Positions 28,981-39,135 of a stretch of DNA of 64,000 nt are shown here, piece by piece. The stretch lies in the NCBI GenBank assembly GCA_958295945.1, contig OY282386.1, forward strand, positions 2,906,204-2,970,203. The letters run 5' to 3'. The notes under the pieces were generated by a model. That model worked only from the letters and a program-made list of their open reading frames with translations, was not told the DNA's origin and did not search any database. Within the stretch, counting starts at the first letter, position 1. The number at the start of each line of letters is the position of its first letter. Source of the DNA: Candidatus Poribacteria bacterium. Its GTDB lineage: Bacteria; Poribacteria; WGA-4E; WGA-3G. A program made the position numbers and the translations under genes.

Positions 28981-29883
28981 TTATCGCTTTTCTCGCCAAG
29001 GTGGAACTTTCCAAGTATTAAACCAATCCCATTTCCAGATTACTTGTTTTTTCGGCATTTCTACTTCATATTCTATGCCAGCAGTGAAGGGAAGAATTTG
29101 GGTTTTATCTCCAACAATTTCTCTGATATATTCAACATACGCCATTTCATCTGTGACATTGGGTGGCCAGTGTCCTTCAGGTATCGGGTCAGATTTTCGA
29201 TCCGTGCGATAGTGTGTCGGTATCATAAAACGTGGTTGAATCAGGTCTATCAGTTCAATTAATCGATGTTCAAGCCCCTTTCCAAGTCCCAGTTTCATGT
29301 GAACAAGAAAATCTACCTTTCCTTGAAGGTTTGCTAATGCTGGATAGGGTTCGTGGAGATCACCTATGTGTAGGATAGAAACATTTTTTGTCGTGTGAGT
29401 TATGAGATAGCCATTGGTTGGTAAATCAGGTGTTTGGTTCTCACCACTTTCTATTGTTTCGACTTGAGTGGGTCCATGCTCAAATGTCTCTGAACCTTGA
29501 AATGAACGTGATGTGCCATTCTTGTCGTTACAATGTTTTGGATACAAAATCTCTACTTTTTCGGCAGGAACATGTTTTGTTATTGGGAGGTCACGTTCAA
29601 AGGCAGCATCACCATATTTCTCATTGATAGGTTGTTCTGGTGTGATGCATCCGGGATTGACATATAGTTTTTTAAATCGTTTGCCTTGACACAATTTGCT
29701 TAATGTAGCAGGATGGCAATGGTCAAAATGTTCGTGTGATATAAAGATATAATCGTATATCGGTTGTACATCTGCTAAGTTCTGATTGAATAGGTAGGGA
29801 TCGAAAGCGATATTGATGTCTCCAAAACATGCATCAAATGCACCGCAACCCCACCATCTCAGAAATATGTTGTCCATATACAC
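28981..29883 (-). CDS. MBL-fold metallo-hydrolase
   Basis: HEHFDH (the HxHxDH zinc-binding motif) and downstream His/Asp ligands; 300 aa. Confidence 0.75.
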   Translation of the reverse strand: MYMDNIFLRWWGCGAFDACFGDINIAFDPYLFNQNLADVQPIYDYIFISHEHFDHCHPATLSKLCQGKRFKKLYVNPGCITPEQPINEKYGDAAFERDLPITKHVPAEKVEILYPKHCNDKNGTSRSFQGSETFEHGPTQVETIESGENQTPDLPTNGYLITHTTKNVSILHIGDLHEPYPALANLQGKVDFLVHMKLGLGKGLEHRLIELIDLIQPRFMIPTHYRTDRKSDPIPEGHWPPNVTDEMAYVEYIREIVGDKTQILPFTAGIEYEVEMPKKQVIWKWDWFNTWKVPPWREKR

Positions 29884-29917
29884 TCTATCAGAAATTCTTT
29901 AATCATCTATTAAGTGT

Positions 29918-30208
29918 TTACTCTTCATAAGTCCTTAGTTTTCTAACCCATGCTACGCTATCTTGCATATCCTCTCGGTCTGCCCACATTCCTATGAAAG
30001 GCATTTTACTAAATTCTACGTCTTTTTCGTCTGTCTTGCTACTTTCGTCATCAGTATCAATCAGTTCAATTTGTATACGGACCTTTGTGCCTTCGGGTAA
30101 TGATACAGGATTTGACAAAACAATGCTCCCATTATTTATCTCGCCCTGTTCTATAATTACATCCATTTTTTCACTCCTATGATCAATCAGTATAGTTATA
30201 GTATACAA
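29918..30208 (-). CDS. AbrB/MazE-like swapped-hairpin DNA-binding protein (antitoxin-like), with no partner toxin adjacent
   Basis: ...INNGSIVLSNPVSLPEGTKVRIQIE... resembles the SpoVT/AbrB fold. The C-terminal FIGMWADREDMQDSVAWVRKLR tail is of the type seen in antitoxins. Probable start at the internal MDVII. Confidence 0.4.
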   Translation of the reverse strand: MYTITILIDHRSEKMDVIIEQGEINNGSIVLSNPVSLPEGTKVRIQIELIDTDDESSKTDEKDVEFSKMPFIGMWADREDMQDSVAWVRKLRTYEE

Positions 30209-30227
30209 TCAAGATATAGAATTCTAT

Positions 30228-32084
30228 CTATTTCATTAACCACATTTTACGCACAATCTTGGTGTTTCCTGCATCAAATTGATAGAAATAGATACCACTG
30301 GCAACAGATTCACCATCTGCATTTTTACCGTTCCAATGAAACTTTTTCTCACCTTGAGGTTGGAGTCCAAGGTCAAATGTCCTCACCAATTCACCAACTG
30401 GAGAATAGATGGATATTTTCACGTCACTGGATTCATTTAGTTTGTATGGAATCCATGTTTCAGGGTTAAATGGATTAGGATAGTTTTGAAGGACCTCAAC
30501 AGTTTTTAGTCTTCCCCATGTTATAGACTTTTTTCCATGTGGTTCAACAGATGTAACCACATCTTGAGCTTCAGTGAATATATATACATCATGGCCAGAA
30601 CTGAATCTATAAGTCTCAACAATACCAGAAGGCCATTCTAAGGTAATGTTACCCGATGGATAACCTGTTCCAAGACCAAATTCAAGTTCCAAACTATCAC
30701 TGCCTAAGAACCCCGTTCCACAAATTAACTCTTGTGTCTGAACATGGTTGCCATATTTAACAGTCACACGTGTTCCAATTCCATCTCGATTGCTTTCTGT
30801 CCCTATTAAGCGAATTAGGATACGTTTATGGTCAGCTTGAATTCGTCGTGTGTCAGCTTCAAGTTCGTTTTTGAGTAACGTATAACCGCTGTTATTGACG
30901 ATGAAGAAATCAACATCACGGTCATTATCAAAATCTCCTGATGTTGCGCCGCGTGCGACTGCATTAGAGGTAACACCAAGTGAATCTGCACGATCTACAA
31001 ATGTCCCGTCACGATTGTTATGATAAAGACGGTTAAGGTTTGTCTTTTGCGAATTATCTACATCACCATTGACGACGTAGAGGTCTCGGAATCCGTCATT
31101 GTCATAGTCAATGAAACTGGCATACCAACCAACGCCTACGTTTGCGACACCAGCTTCTTCGGCAACATTTGTAAAAGTTCCATCACCGTTATTTCGCCAG
31201 AGCAGGTCTTCGTCATAGTTTGTAACGAATAGGTCAAGGTCAGCATCGTTATCATAGTCTCCGACACAGAGTCCCATTGCACCTGTTGGTTTTCCTCTAA
31301 TGAGCGTAACAATCCCAGATTGTTCTGATACATCCTCAAAAGTGCCGTCCCCTTTGTTACGGTAGAGTTTATCAGGTCCGTGATCATTTGCTACAAACAG
31401 ATCTGCCCATGTATCACCATCGTAATCAAAAAAGATTGCCCCCCATGCAATTCCGCCATCATCAACACCGGCTTCCTGTGCAACATCTTCAAAAGTGCCG
31501 TCGCCTTTGTTGCGATATAGTACATTGATTCTTGGAGCAGGATTGAAGACTAAGAGCGATGCTGGACGTCCCCAGTTTGACACATAGATATCCAACCAAC
31601 CATCGTGGTCATAATCAGCAACTGCAACAGTTGTGCCGTGTTGTGCATCTGTGACACCCGCCTGCCCACTTACATCTGTGAACGTACAGTCTCCGTTGTT
31701 TTTGAATAGAAAGTTTGGACCCTCACAGGATACAAAGAGGTCGCTCCAACCGTCATTATTGTAGTCTAACCAGACGCAACCACGTCCATTTGGCGTGTCG
31801 GCAACGCCTGCTTTTTCAGCAATGTCCTGGAACGTTCCATCCCTATTATTGTGGTAAAGTGCATTTGGTAGACCACCATCTCCAACAACGAAAATGTCCA
31901 TCCAACAGCCGTCGTTATCATAATCTGCTGCAGCAGTTCCGGGACCCATCCAAGCCCCGGAGTTTTCATCAACTGGCGTTTCACGTTGATGGATCCCTGC
32001 GATTGCACTTCTATCTACGAAATTATCCGCAAATAACGGAGAAACGACACAGAAACATAAGAGTATGAATACGTTGCATCGCAT
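30228..32084 (-). CDS. CRTAC1-family protein (FG-GAP/VCBS repeats plus ASPIC/UnbV domain) with a C-terminal T9SS-type sorting domain
   Basis: Signal peptide. Repeated DYDNDGWxDLFV... FG-GAP-like motifs. The UnbV-like region reads RDGIGTRVTV...GTGFLGSDSLELEFGLG. The C-terminal tail NYPNPFNPETWIPYKL...ISIYSPVGELVRTF...GIYFYQF...KMWLMK matches the Por-secretion/T9SS CTD pattern. Confidence 0.65.
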   Translation of the reverse strand: MRCNVFILLCFCVVSPLFADNFVDRSAIAGIHQRETPVDENSGAWMGPGTAAADYDNDGCWMDIFVVGDGGLPNALYHNNRDGTFQDIAEKAGVADTPNGRGCVWLDYNNDGWSDLFVSCEGPNFLFKNNGDCTFTDVSGQAGVTDAQHGTTVAVADYDHDGWLDIYVSNWGRPASLLVFNPAPRINVLYRNKGDGTFEDVAQEAGVDDGGIAWGAIFFDYDGDTWADLFVANDHGPDKLYRNKGDGTFEDVSEQSGIVTLIRGKPTGAMGLCVGDYDNDADLDLFVTNYDEDLLWRNNGDGTFTNVAEEAGVANVGVGWYASFIDYDNDGFRDLYVVNGDVDNSQKTNLNRLYHNNRDGTFVDRADSLGVTSNAVARGATSGDFDNDRDVDFFIVNNSGYTLLKNELEADTRRIQADHKRILIRLIGTESNRDGIGTRVTVKYGNHVQTQELICGTGFLGSDSLELEFGLGTGYPSGNITLEWPSGIVETYRFSSGHDVYIFTEAQDVVTSVEPHGKKSITWGRLKTVEVLQNYPNPFNPETWIPYKLNESSDVKISIYSPVGELVRTFDLGLQPQGEKKFHWNGKNADGESVASGIYFYQFDAGNTKIVRKMWLMK

Positions 32085-32099
32085 AGTCCATGTCCCTCC

Positions 32100-32858
32100 T
32101 TAGTATCGGGTTTTAACAGCACCCCAAGTGGTGGTCGCTTTACCGCCCGGTTCAACATTGAAAGGATTCATATTGTCTGTGAAGTATTCGTATTCTACCT
32201 CAAGATTGCCATCACCTGCTGCTACACCCGCATAGACACCCAACCAAAGTGGAGGAGTTAATGCAAAAGTACCTTCACCGATATCCATCCAATCATCATC
32301 ACCTTCAGCTTTATACCATGCAGTGTAGGTATCACCCTCTTTCTTGAGTCGCATTGACATTTCAATATCACCCCAATCACCAAATCTCCATTGGATATCT
32401 TGAGGTCCTAAACCAGCTTCCTTTCTTTGATACTGAATGTGTCCTTTAGCACCAGCATCTCTCCCCCAAAATTTAATGGTTACCCAATTATCGTCCTCAG
32501 GACTTTTCACAAGAAGACCATTGACACCAGAAGTGGTATCCCATTTAGCACGGAAATGTGTTTCTACATCAAACGTATCCGCTTCAGTTTCTTGGTATAA
32601 AAAATGTGATGCATCACCTGCCCAAAGGTTACGATTCGGTTCACAGTCTATGTATAAACGTCCATCAACTGTTTCTCCAACATCCCAATTAGGTGGTTCG
32701 TTTTGCCATTCCCAATTAGGATTCTGCAATTTGTTTCCATCAAACGGGTCGCCAAATGAATCAGCTGCATCCACAGTGGATAACAATCCAGACATTGATG
32801 TAAACAAACAGATTATAGCACTCATACAAACAATTTTCACAAATGTCATGTTTTTCAT
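32100..32858 (-). CDS. Secreted concanavalin-A-like lectin/glucanase-fold protein (DUF1349-like), tandem paralog 1
   Basis: 252 aa with signal peptide. ~75% identical to the 33002..33760 product over its full length. W-rich beta-sandwich pattern (QWRFGDWGDIE...TAWYKAEGD). Confidence 0.55.
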   Translation of the reverse strand: MKNMTFVKIVCMSAIICLFTSMSGLLSTVDAADSFGDPFDGNKLQNPNWEWQNEPPNWDVGETVDGRLYIDCEPNRNLWAGDASHFLYQETEADTFDVETHFRAKWDTTSGVNGLLVKSPEDDNWVTIKFWGRDAGAKGHIQYQRKEAGLGPQDIQWRFGDWGDIEMSMRLKKEGDTYTAWYKAEGDDDWMDIGEGTFALTPPLWLGVYAGVAAGDGNLEVEYEYFTDNMNPFNVEPGGKATTTWGAVKTRY

Positions 32859-33001
32859 TAAAAGTTACCTCATATTCATAATTGTAAATCGATCTATCAC
32901 TAAAGCAACAAAATTACATTACTTGTACTCAAGAATATTGATTATGTAATTAAGTGAAATATAGGTGGGGCAAACTTAAAGTCAACCCCACAAAATTTAT
33001 T

Positions 33002-33760
33002 TTAATACCGGGACTTTACCATACCCCATGTTGTTGCTACCTTTCCTTCAGGTTCAACATCCGTTGGGTTCACATGGTCTTCAAGGTATTCATATTCTAC
33101 TTCTAATTTTCCTGAACCTGCTGCTACCCCAGCATATATGCCGAGTTGCAGTGGTGGACTCAAATCAAAGGTACCTTCTCCAATATCTAACCAATCTTCA
33201 TCACCTTCTGCTTTATACCATGCAGTGTAAGTATTTCCTTCTTTTTTGAGTCTGAAAGACAGTTGGATGTCTCCCCAATCGCCAAATCTCCATTGGACAT
33301 CTTGCGGTCCTAGACCGGCTTGTCTGGTTTGATACTGAATATGTCCCATTGGACCAGCATCGCGGGACCAGAATTTCACAGTTACCCAGTTGTTGTCTGA
33401 AGGACTCTTCACAAGGATTCCATTGACACCAGAATTAGCATCCCATTTTGCGGAGAAATGGGTTGAGACATCAAACGTGTCAGCATCAGTTTCTTGATAC
33501 AAGAAATGTGAATCATCTGAAGCCCAGACATTTCGGTTTGGTTCACTATTTATATATAAGGCACCCTCGCGCGTATCGCCAATATCCCAAGTTGATGGTT
33601 CGTTTTGCCACTTCCAATTTGGATTCTGCAATTCACTACCTTCAAATGGGTCACCGAATGAGTCTTCAGCGGACACTACATTTATCAGTGCGGACGAGGT
33701 TGCAAATAAACAAAAAACGACACTAAAACAGATAATTTTCAATAATCTAAGATTTTTCAT
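33002..33760 (-). CDS. Secreted concanavalin-A-like lectin/glucanase-fold protein (DUF1349-like), tandem paralog 2
   Basis: 252 aa; collinear with paralog 1 (same length, no indels evident). Confidence 0.55.
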   Translation of the reverse strand: MKNLRLLKIICFSVVFCLFATSSALINVVSAEDSFGDPFEGSELQNPNWKWQNEPSTWDIGDTREGALYINSEPNRNVWASDDSHFLYQETDADTFDVSTHFSAKWDANSGVNGILVKSPSDNNWVTVKFWSRDAGPMGHIQYQTRQAGLGPQDVQWRFGDWGDIQLSFRLKKEGNTYTAWYKAEGDEDWLDIGEGTFDLSPPLQLGIYAGVAAGSGKLEVEYEYLEDHVNPTDVEPEGKVATTWGMVKSRY

Positions 33761-33819
33761 AAAACTATTTCCTCCTATTTGTTAATTTTAAGGTGAATTG
33801 GGTTAATTGTCAAGGTAAT

Positions 33820-35484
33820 TCACCGAATTTCTTCAATTCGTATGACTTGATTCACAGATATGTTATTGAGTTTATGTAATTGTCCACTTATCCACTTAAC
33901 CTCAATTGAGATCATATCTGAATATGTGCCAAGACCAAATAGAAGAGAAAATTCGCTTCCAGACGCATAACTACCACCAGACGTTACCTCTTTGATTTGT
34001 GTGATGTCACCAGTGCGTACAATCACTTTAGAACCAATTCCATCACGGTTGCTTGTATTTCCAACGAGTTCAATTTTCAACCAATTATTGTTCACTTGGT
34101 TATCATTTCGTAGTAGAACAGGATTGCCACCACAGCAGGATATCAGAATATCCATATCTCCATCAGTATCATAATCCGCGATTGCTGTTCCACGCGCAAC
34201 GACAGGATGTGTGAAAAACTCACCTACTGTTTCAGATATATCTGTGAATTTGCCCTCTTCCATGTTAGCAAAGAACTGACATTTCTGCTTGTAGGACAGC
34301 GAAGGGGTGATTTCTGCTACGTTATCCCATACATGTCCATTGGCAACAAACAGGTCTAATGTTCCGTTATTATCAGCATCAAGAAATTGAGTGCCAAATC
34401 CGAGTTGAGAGAAACTGGGTTCAGCAAGTCCAGTCTCAAATGTAGTCATTGTATAGAAACCATCTCCATCATTGTGAAAGAGACTGTTCACTTCCAAAGA
34501 AAAATTTGTGACAAACAGATCTAACAATCCATCATTGTCGTAGTCACCGTTGGCAATACCCATACTTGCGGTTGCACGTCCCTCTGAGTTATAGGCAATA
34601 CCTGCAGAAACAGCAACATCTTTAAATGTACCATCCCCGTTGTTATGATAAAGAAAATCTTCGACTGCATCGTTTGCAACAAAAATATCTGGTTTGCCAT
34701 CGTCGTTGTAGTCTGTGAATAGGACACCTAATCCCTTTCCTTCATTTTCAACACCAGCAATCTTTGTCACATCCGTAAATGTCCCATCTCCATTGTTTTG
34801 GTAAAGTGTATCTTGAGCACCAGGATATTCGTGTGGACCACAATAGATATGAACACCCTCAAGTATACATGGATGTGCTGTTTCAATCTGATAATCTAAA
34901 TAGTTCACAACATAGAGATCAAGGTATCCATCAAGGTTGAAATCACCGAAGGAAGCACTCACACTCCAACGACTATCACCAACACTTGCCTGCGTTGTCA
35001 CATCGCTAAATGTGCCATCTCCATTATTGCGGTAAAGTTGATTGCTTCCATAGTTAGTGAGATATAGGTCTGCATCACCGTCATTGTCATAATCAGCAGA
35101 AATACATCCCATTCCGAATCCGTAATTTTTCTCAAATCCGGAATGTTTCGTAACATCAGTGAATGTGCCATCTCCGTTGTTACGATATAAGACATTCATC
35201 TCGTCAGGATTTGTTCGGTGTTTGGATGGATTCGCACACGTCTTACCACTATTGACAAGGAATATATCAAGGTTTCCATCATTATCATAATCAAAAAACA
35301 GACAGCCTGAACCCATTGTTTCAGGTAAATATCTATGATCAGAAGCTCCGTTGTTATGTCTAAAGTTGATTTTTGCAGCCTGCGTCTGATCTGTAAAACG
35401 GACAGTTGTTTCATCTGCGTTTATGGGAAAGATGGATATGAAAAGGAATAAGCAGATGAGAATTAGATGAAAGACATTTTTCAT
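33820..35484 (-). CDS. CRTAC1-family protein (FG-GAP repeats plus ASPIC/UnbV domain), no T9SS tail
   Basis: Signal peptide. Repeated YDNDGxxD(L/I)F(V/L)xN... motifs. C-terminal NRDGIGSKVIV...SGGSYASGSEFSLLFGLG UnbV-like region. Confidence 0.65.
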   Translation of the reverse strand: MKNVFHLILICLFLFISIFPINADETTVRFTDQTQAAKINFRHNNGASDHRYLPETMGSGCLFFDYDNDGNLDIFLVNSGKTCANPSKHRTNPDEMNVLYRNNGDGTFTDVTKHSGFEKNYGFGMGCISADYDNDGDADLYLTNYGSNQLYRNNGDGTFSDVTTQASVGDSRWSVSASFGDFNLDGYLDLYVVNYLDYQIETAHPCILEGVHIYCGPHEYPGAQDTLYQNNGDGTFTDVTKIAGVENEGKGLGVLFTDYNDDGKPDIFVANDAVEDFLYHNNGDGTFKDVAVSAGIAYNSEGRATASMGIANGDYDNDGLLDLFVTNFSLEVNSLFHNDGDGFYTMTTFETGLAEPSFSQLGFGTQFLDADNNGTLDLFVANGHVWDNVAEITPSLSYKQKCQFFANMEEGKFTDISETVGEFFTHPVVARGTAIADYDTDGDMDILISCCGGNPVLLRNDNQVNNNWLKIELVGNTSNRDGIGSKVIVRTGDITQIKEVTSGGSYASGSEFSLLFGLGTYSDMISIEVKWISGQLHKLNNISVNQVIRIEEIR

Positions 35485-35511
35485 TACGAATTGTACTTGG
35501 GTTGGAAATAA

Positions 35512-37836
35512 CTATGGGGATTGTTCTTCAGATCTATTAATCATCTTCGTAATCTGATCCAACTGTTGCTGGATATGTGGCACGATGCTAATATCAGGAT
35601 ATGTTTGTAGCAAAGTGGTATAAGTTTCAGCAGCGCTGGTAAAATCATTCTTTTTCTCATATATTTTAGCGATTTGTGCTAAAGCTTCTGCTGCTAATGA
35701 ACTTTCAAGTGATGAAACCTGACGATATGAATGTATCGCATCTCCATAGGATTTCTGTGAATAATATATCTTACCCAGTAGCATCCAAATATCGTCAACA
35801 ATTGACGCTTTCGGATGTGCTGAAATTGTATCCTCACACTGTGTGATGGCTGATTTAGAATCTCCAGTTAGGAAGTATTGAAGTGCATTGGCATAATCTG
35901 TCAATGGGATAGACAGGTAGTCGGAATTGTCTTGTATCAACACAATCCGTTCAAGTGCATCGTTTGTTAATTCATCCGATTTTGAAGTCCGTAAGACTTT
36001 TTGATATTCCGATACTGCGTTATCAAATTCAGTAGCAAAGAAGTAAGAATCACCCAACAGTTTTCGCGCAGTAGCACTTGACCGACTCGCACTGATGGCT
36101 ATCGGTTCTAACACATCTCTGGCAAGAGTCCACCGTTTTTGCAGTAGATGACATTCACCAAGTATCAAATTCACTTCCATCAATTGGGATGCAGGCATAT
36201 TTCTGGATAACAAAGGTTGTAGAGTTATATGTGCGGCTTTGGGGTTATGCAGCCCGTGTAGTTGTGTTTTTGCAAGTAAAAGTTTTCTATCCACCGAGAA
36301 ACTATTTTGGTCTAATTTCTTCAAAATCGTTATTGCTTCATCCCACTGTTTATTCTTTTGGTACAAAGCCGCCATTTTATACCTTACATTCGTTAGTATT
36401 CTTCTATCATTTGAAAGTTGCAATAGAGATTTATAAAATTCTATGGCATAAGGATTTTGATTTCGTTCAAGATCATTCGCCAACTTCTCCAATGTTGCAT
36501 CAGTGGGGGTAGGATAGGTTCTGTGGATTTGTGTAAGTATTTTTAGTGCTTGAGATTGTTGTCCAGCATAGTAGTACATCTCACCTAAAGTCAATGCATT
36601 GTTGAGATTGGTTGGTGCAGCTTGATGAACCGTTTCATATTGAGCAATCAACTTTTTCCTTAATGGTTCTTGGCTTGCTCCTTGATAGATTTCAAGCATA
36701 GATTGCCAAATTGCTGCACGTTGACTTGTACTTGGACCAACGGTTTGCAGTCCATCAAGATAGGTAGCAGCAGCTTTTTCAATATCTCCTTGGATGCTAT
36801 GGACTGCTGCAAGTTGGGTATACAGATAACCATAACGCGGATTTGCTCGTATTGCCTGCTGAAACGATTCTATGGCATCCGAATACATTTTGTGAGAAAC
36901 ATATATCATCCCTAACTGCTGATGTTGATTAGAATCTCCCGCAACCAATTTCTTCCATTCTGCAATCGCTTTTTCCTTATCACCAAGTTCAGCGTAGAGA
37001 GACCCCAATTTACGGCGTATTGTTGTGTTTGCTGGATTTTTTTCAAGAACGCCTTGATATAGTTCAAGTGCCTTTTGAGTTTTGCCTTGCTGCTGGTATA
37101 TGTTGGCTAATTCCTCTAATAAGGTAGTATCCGTGGAATTTATTTTCAGTCGGTCTTTTATAAGTTTTTCTGCATCTGAAAAACGTTTGTTTTGTGTATA
37201 AAGACGAACCAAGCTACTAATAGCAGATGAACGATAGATGGAATTCGGATACTTATCAAGAAAATGCTTGTAACTCTTCATTGCAGATTCATAATCACCT
37301 TGAACATATTCATAATAAGCAATCAAGTAGGCAGCAACGGCAGCAGTAGCAGTGTCAGGGTGTTGTTTAATTATCTGCTTGCACATGATTTTTGCTTCAT
37401 TATACTGATAACGTTGGCTATACAGATTTGAGAGTTGATGAACTGCCTGAGATGCATACGAACCATCAGGATTTTCATCTATGACTTCTTTCAGAATTTT
37501 ACGTGCTTCTGCATCTTCACCGAGTTTTGCATAACTCTGTGCAAGCATCAAACGCATAGAATCTTTCTGAGTCTGTGAAAGTGTTCCTTTTAACAACTCT
37601 TGATACGCTTTAATGGCTTCAGCATAACGTTTTTGGTAATAATGATCATTTGCATCTTGAATTGCCTTAAGTGTATTTACCCTTTCTATTTGTTCGTCTG
37701 TAGATTGCCTCTGAGCAAGGACAGGACTAAATGTAGAAACAAAAAGGAATAACAGGACAATAGGCAGTCCGACTGAAACTTTCTTAATTAATGTAAAAAA
37801 ATGTTGCATGAGTAGATATTCCTTGTTTGTTTTCAT
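35512..37836 (-). CDS. Tetratricopeptide (TPR) repeat protein (774 aa) with N-terminal signal/anchor
   Basis: Many 34-aa A/Y/L-patterned repeats (e.g. AIKAYQELLKG, ALELYQGVLEKNP). The N-terminus is hydrophobic. Confidence 0.7.
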   Translation of the reverse strand: MKTNKEYLLMQHFFTLIKKVSVGLPIVLLFLFVSTFSPVLAQRQSTDEQIERVNTLKAIQDANDHYYQKRYAEAIKAYQELLKGTLSQTQKDSMRLMLAQSYAKLGEDAEARKILKEVIDENPDGSYASQAVHQLSNLYSQRYQYNEAKIMCKQIIKQHPDTATAAVAAYLIAYYEYVQGDYESAMKSYKHFLDKYPNSIYRSSAISSLVRLYTQNKRFSDAEKLIKDRLKINSTDTTLLEELANIYQQQGKTQKALELYQGVLEKNPANTTIRRKLGSLYAELGDKEKAIAEWKKLVAGDSNQHQQLGMIYVSHKMYSDAIESFQQAIRANPRYGYLYTQLAAVHSIQGDIEKAAATYLDGLQTVGPSTSQRAAIWQSMLEIYQGASQEPLRKKLIAQYETVHQAAPTNLNNALTLGEMYYYAGQQSQALKILTQIHRTYPTPTDATLEKLANDLERNQNPYAIEFYKSLLQLSNDRRILTNVRYKMAALYQKNKQWDEAITILKKLDQNSFSVDRKLLLAKTQLHGLHNPKAAHITLQPLLSRNMPASQLMEVNLILGECHLLQKRWTLARDVLEPIAISASRSSATARKLLGDSYFFATEFDNAVSEYQKVLRTSKSDELTNDALERIVLIQDNSDYLSIPLTDYANALQYFLTGDSKSAITQCEDTISAHPKASIVDDIWMLLGKIYYSQKSYGDAIHSYRQVSSLESSLAAEALAQIAKIYEKKNDFTSAAETYTTLLQTYPDISIVPHIQQQLDQITKMINRSEEQSP

Positions 37837-39002
37837 TTCATTAAACCGAGACTCGCCGTTAGAGCCATACCGTAAAGCATACAGGATTCATCTATGTCGA
37901 ACTGTGGATGATGGCACATGTTAACAATACCTTCCTGTTCATTTCCTGCTCCTACCATAACAAAACAAGCAGGGATTTGCTGAGAATAGCAAGCGAAATC
38001 TTCACCACCAAGTATTGGAGAAATTGGATAGATAACATCTTCATCTCCAACTAATGTTTTTGCTGATGAGAGCACTTTTTCTACACACGGGTCATGATTG
38101 TATGTAACCGGACATCCTTCTTGGTAGGCAAAAGTGTAGGTTGCTTCATAAGCTTTCGCTATTCCTACCAGTAGGTTTTCCAACTGAGAACTAATACGTT
38201 TTTGAACTTCCTGTTTCAGAGTACGAACTGTGCCCCCAAGTGTTACGGAGGGAGGAATTACATTCTTAGCATCTCCACCGTGAAACTGTGTAATACTGAC
38301 TACAGCAGAGTCTAACGGATCAACGTTTCTTGACACAATAGACTGCGCTGCATTTACAAATTCTGCACCGATAACTATCGGATCAACTGTAAGATGTGGA
38401 AACGCAGCATGTCCTCCTCTTCCTGTAATAGTTATCTCAAAAATATCAGATTGTGCAAGCATAGGACCAGGACATGTTGCATATTTACCAACAGGGTACA
38501 ATGGAAAGACATGTATACCGTAGATTTCGTCAACACCGTCAAGCACGCCATCTGAAATCATCGCTTGTGCACCACCTGGGTATGCTTCTTCACAAGGTTG
38601 AAAGATGAATCGTATGTTTACTTTGAGTTGACTCTTCAGATTTGAAAGTATCCTTGCTGTGCCGATAAGCATAGCCGTGTGTGCATCATGTCCACACAAA
38701 TGTGCTTTTCCGTCTATTCTGGATTTGAAGGGAACATCCGTCTGCTCTTGAATAGGCAGAGCATCCATATCAGCACGTAAAGCAATGCATCTCGTCGCGC
38801 CATCAATCTCCAAATCCCCGACAACCCCTGTCCTACCTATTCCTGTTCTGACAGGTATATCAAGTGCCTCAAGGGCATCCGCTGCGATACATGCAGTACG
38901 CTCAACATCAAATCCTATCTCAGGATGTTGATGTATGTCTCGACGGATTGCTACAATATCATCAAAATGTTGATGACACTTTTCAAAAATTATATCCTTC
39001 AT
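37833..39002 (-). CDS. M20D-family amidohydrolase (N-acyl-L-amino-acid amidohydrolase/hippurate hydrolase-like)
   Basis: LCGHDAHTAMLIG metal-binding motif, ADMDALP motif and overall M20 peptidase/amidohydrolase layout; 389 aa. Confidence 0.75.
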   Translation of the reverse strand: MKDIIFEKCHQHFDDIVAIRRDIHQHPEIGFDVERTACIAADALEALDIPVRTGIGRTGVVGDLEIDGATRCIALRADMDALPIQEQTDVPFKSRIDGKAHLCGHDAHTAMLIGTARILSNLKSQLKVNIRFIFQPCEEAYPGGAQAMISDGVLDGVDEIYGIHVFPLYPVGKYATCPGPMLAQSDIFEITITGRGGHAAFPHLTVDPIVIGAEFVNAAQSIVSRNVDPLDSAVVSITQFHGGDAKNVIPPSVTLGGTVRTLKQEVQKRISSQLENLLVGIAKAYEATYTFAYQEGCPVTYNHDPCVEKVLSSAKTLVGDEDVIYPISPILGGEDFACYSQQIPACFVMVGAGNEQEGIVNMCHHPQFDIDESCMLYGMALTASLGLMK

Positions 39003-39135
39003 ATTAACACCTTAATTTTTACTGTCTTTTACTTATACCATTTCTATAAATCATTATGACATTAACCGTTGTCCAGAAAGATCGCGATTCGGAGATCGCT
39101 CCTACCAGAAGAGGGTGGGACATAATGGCACACAA

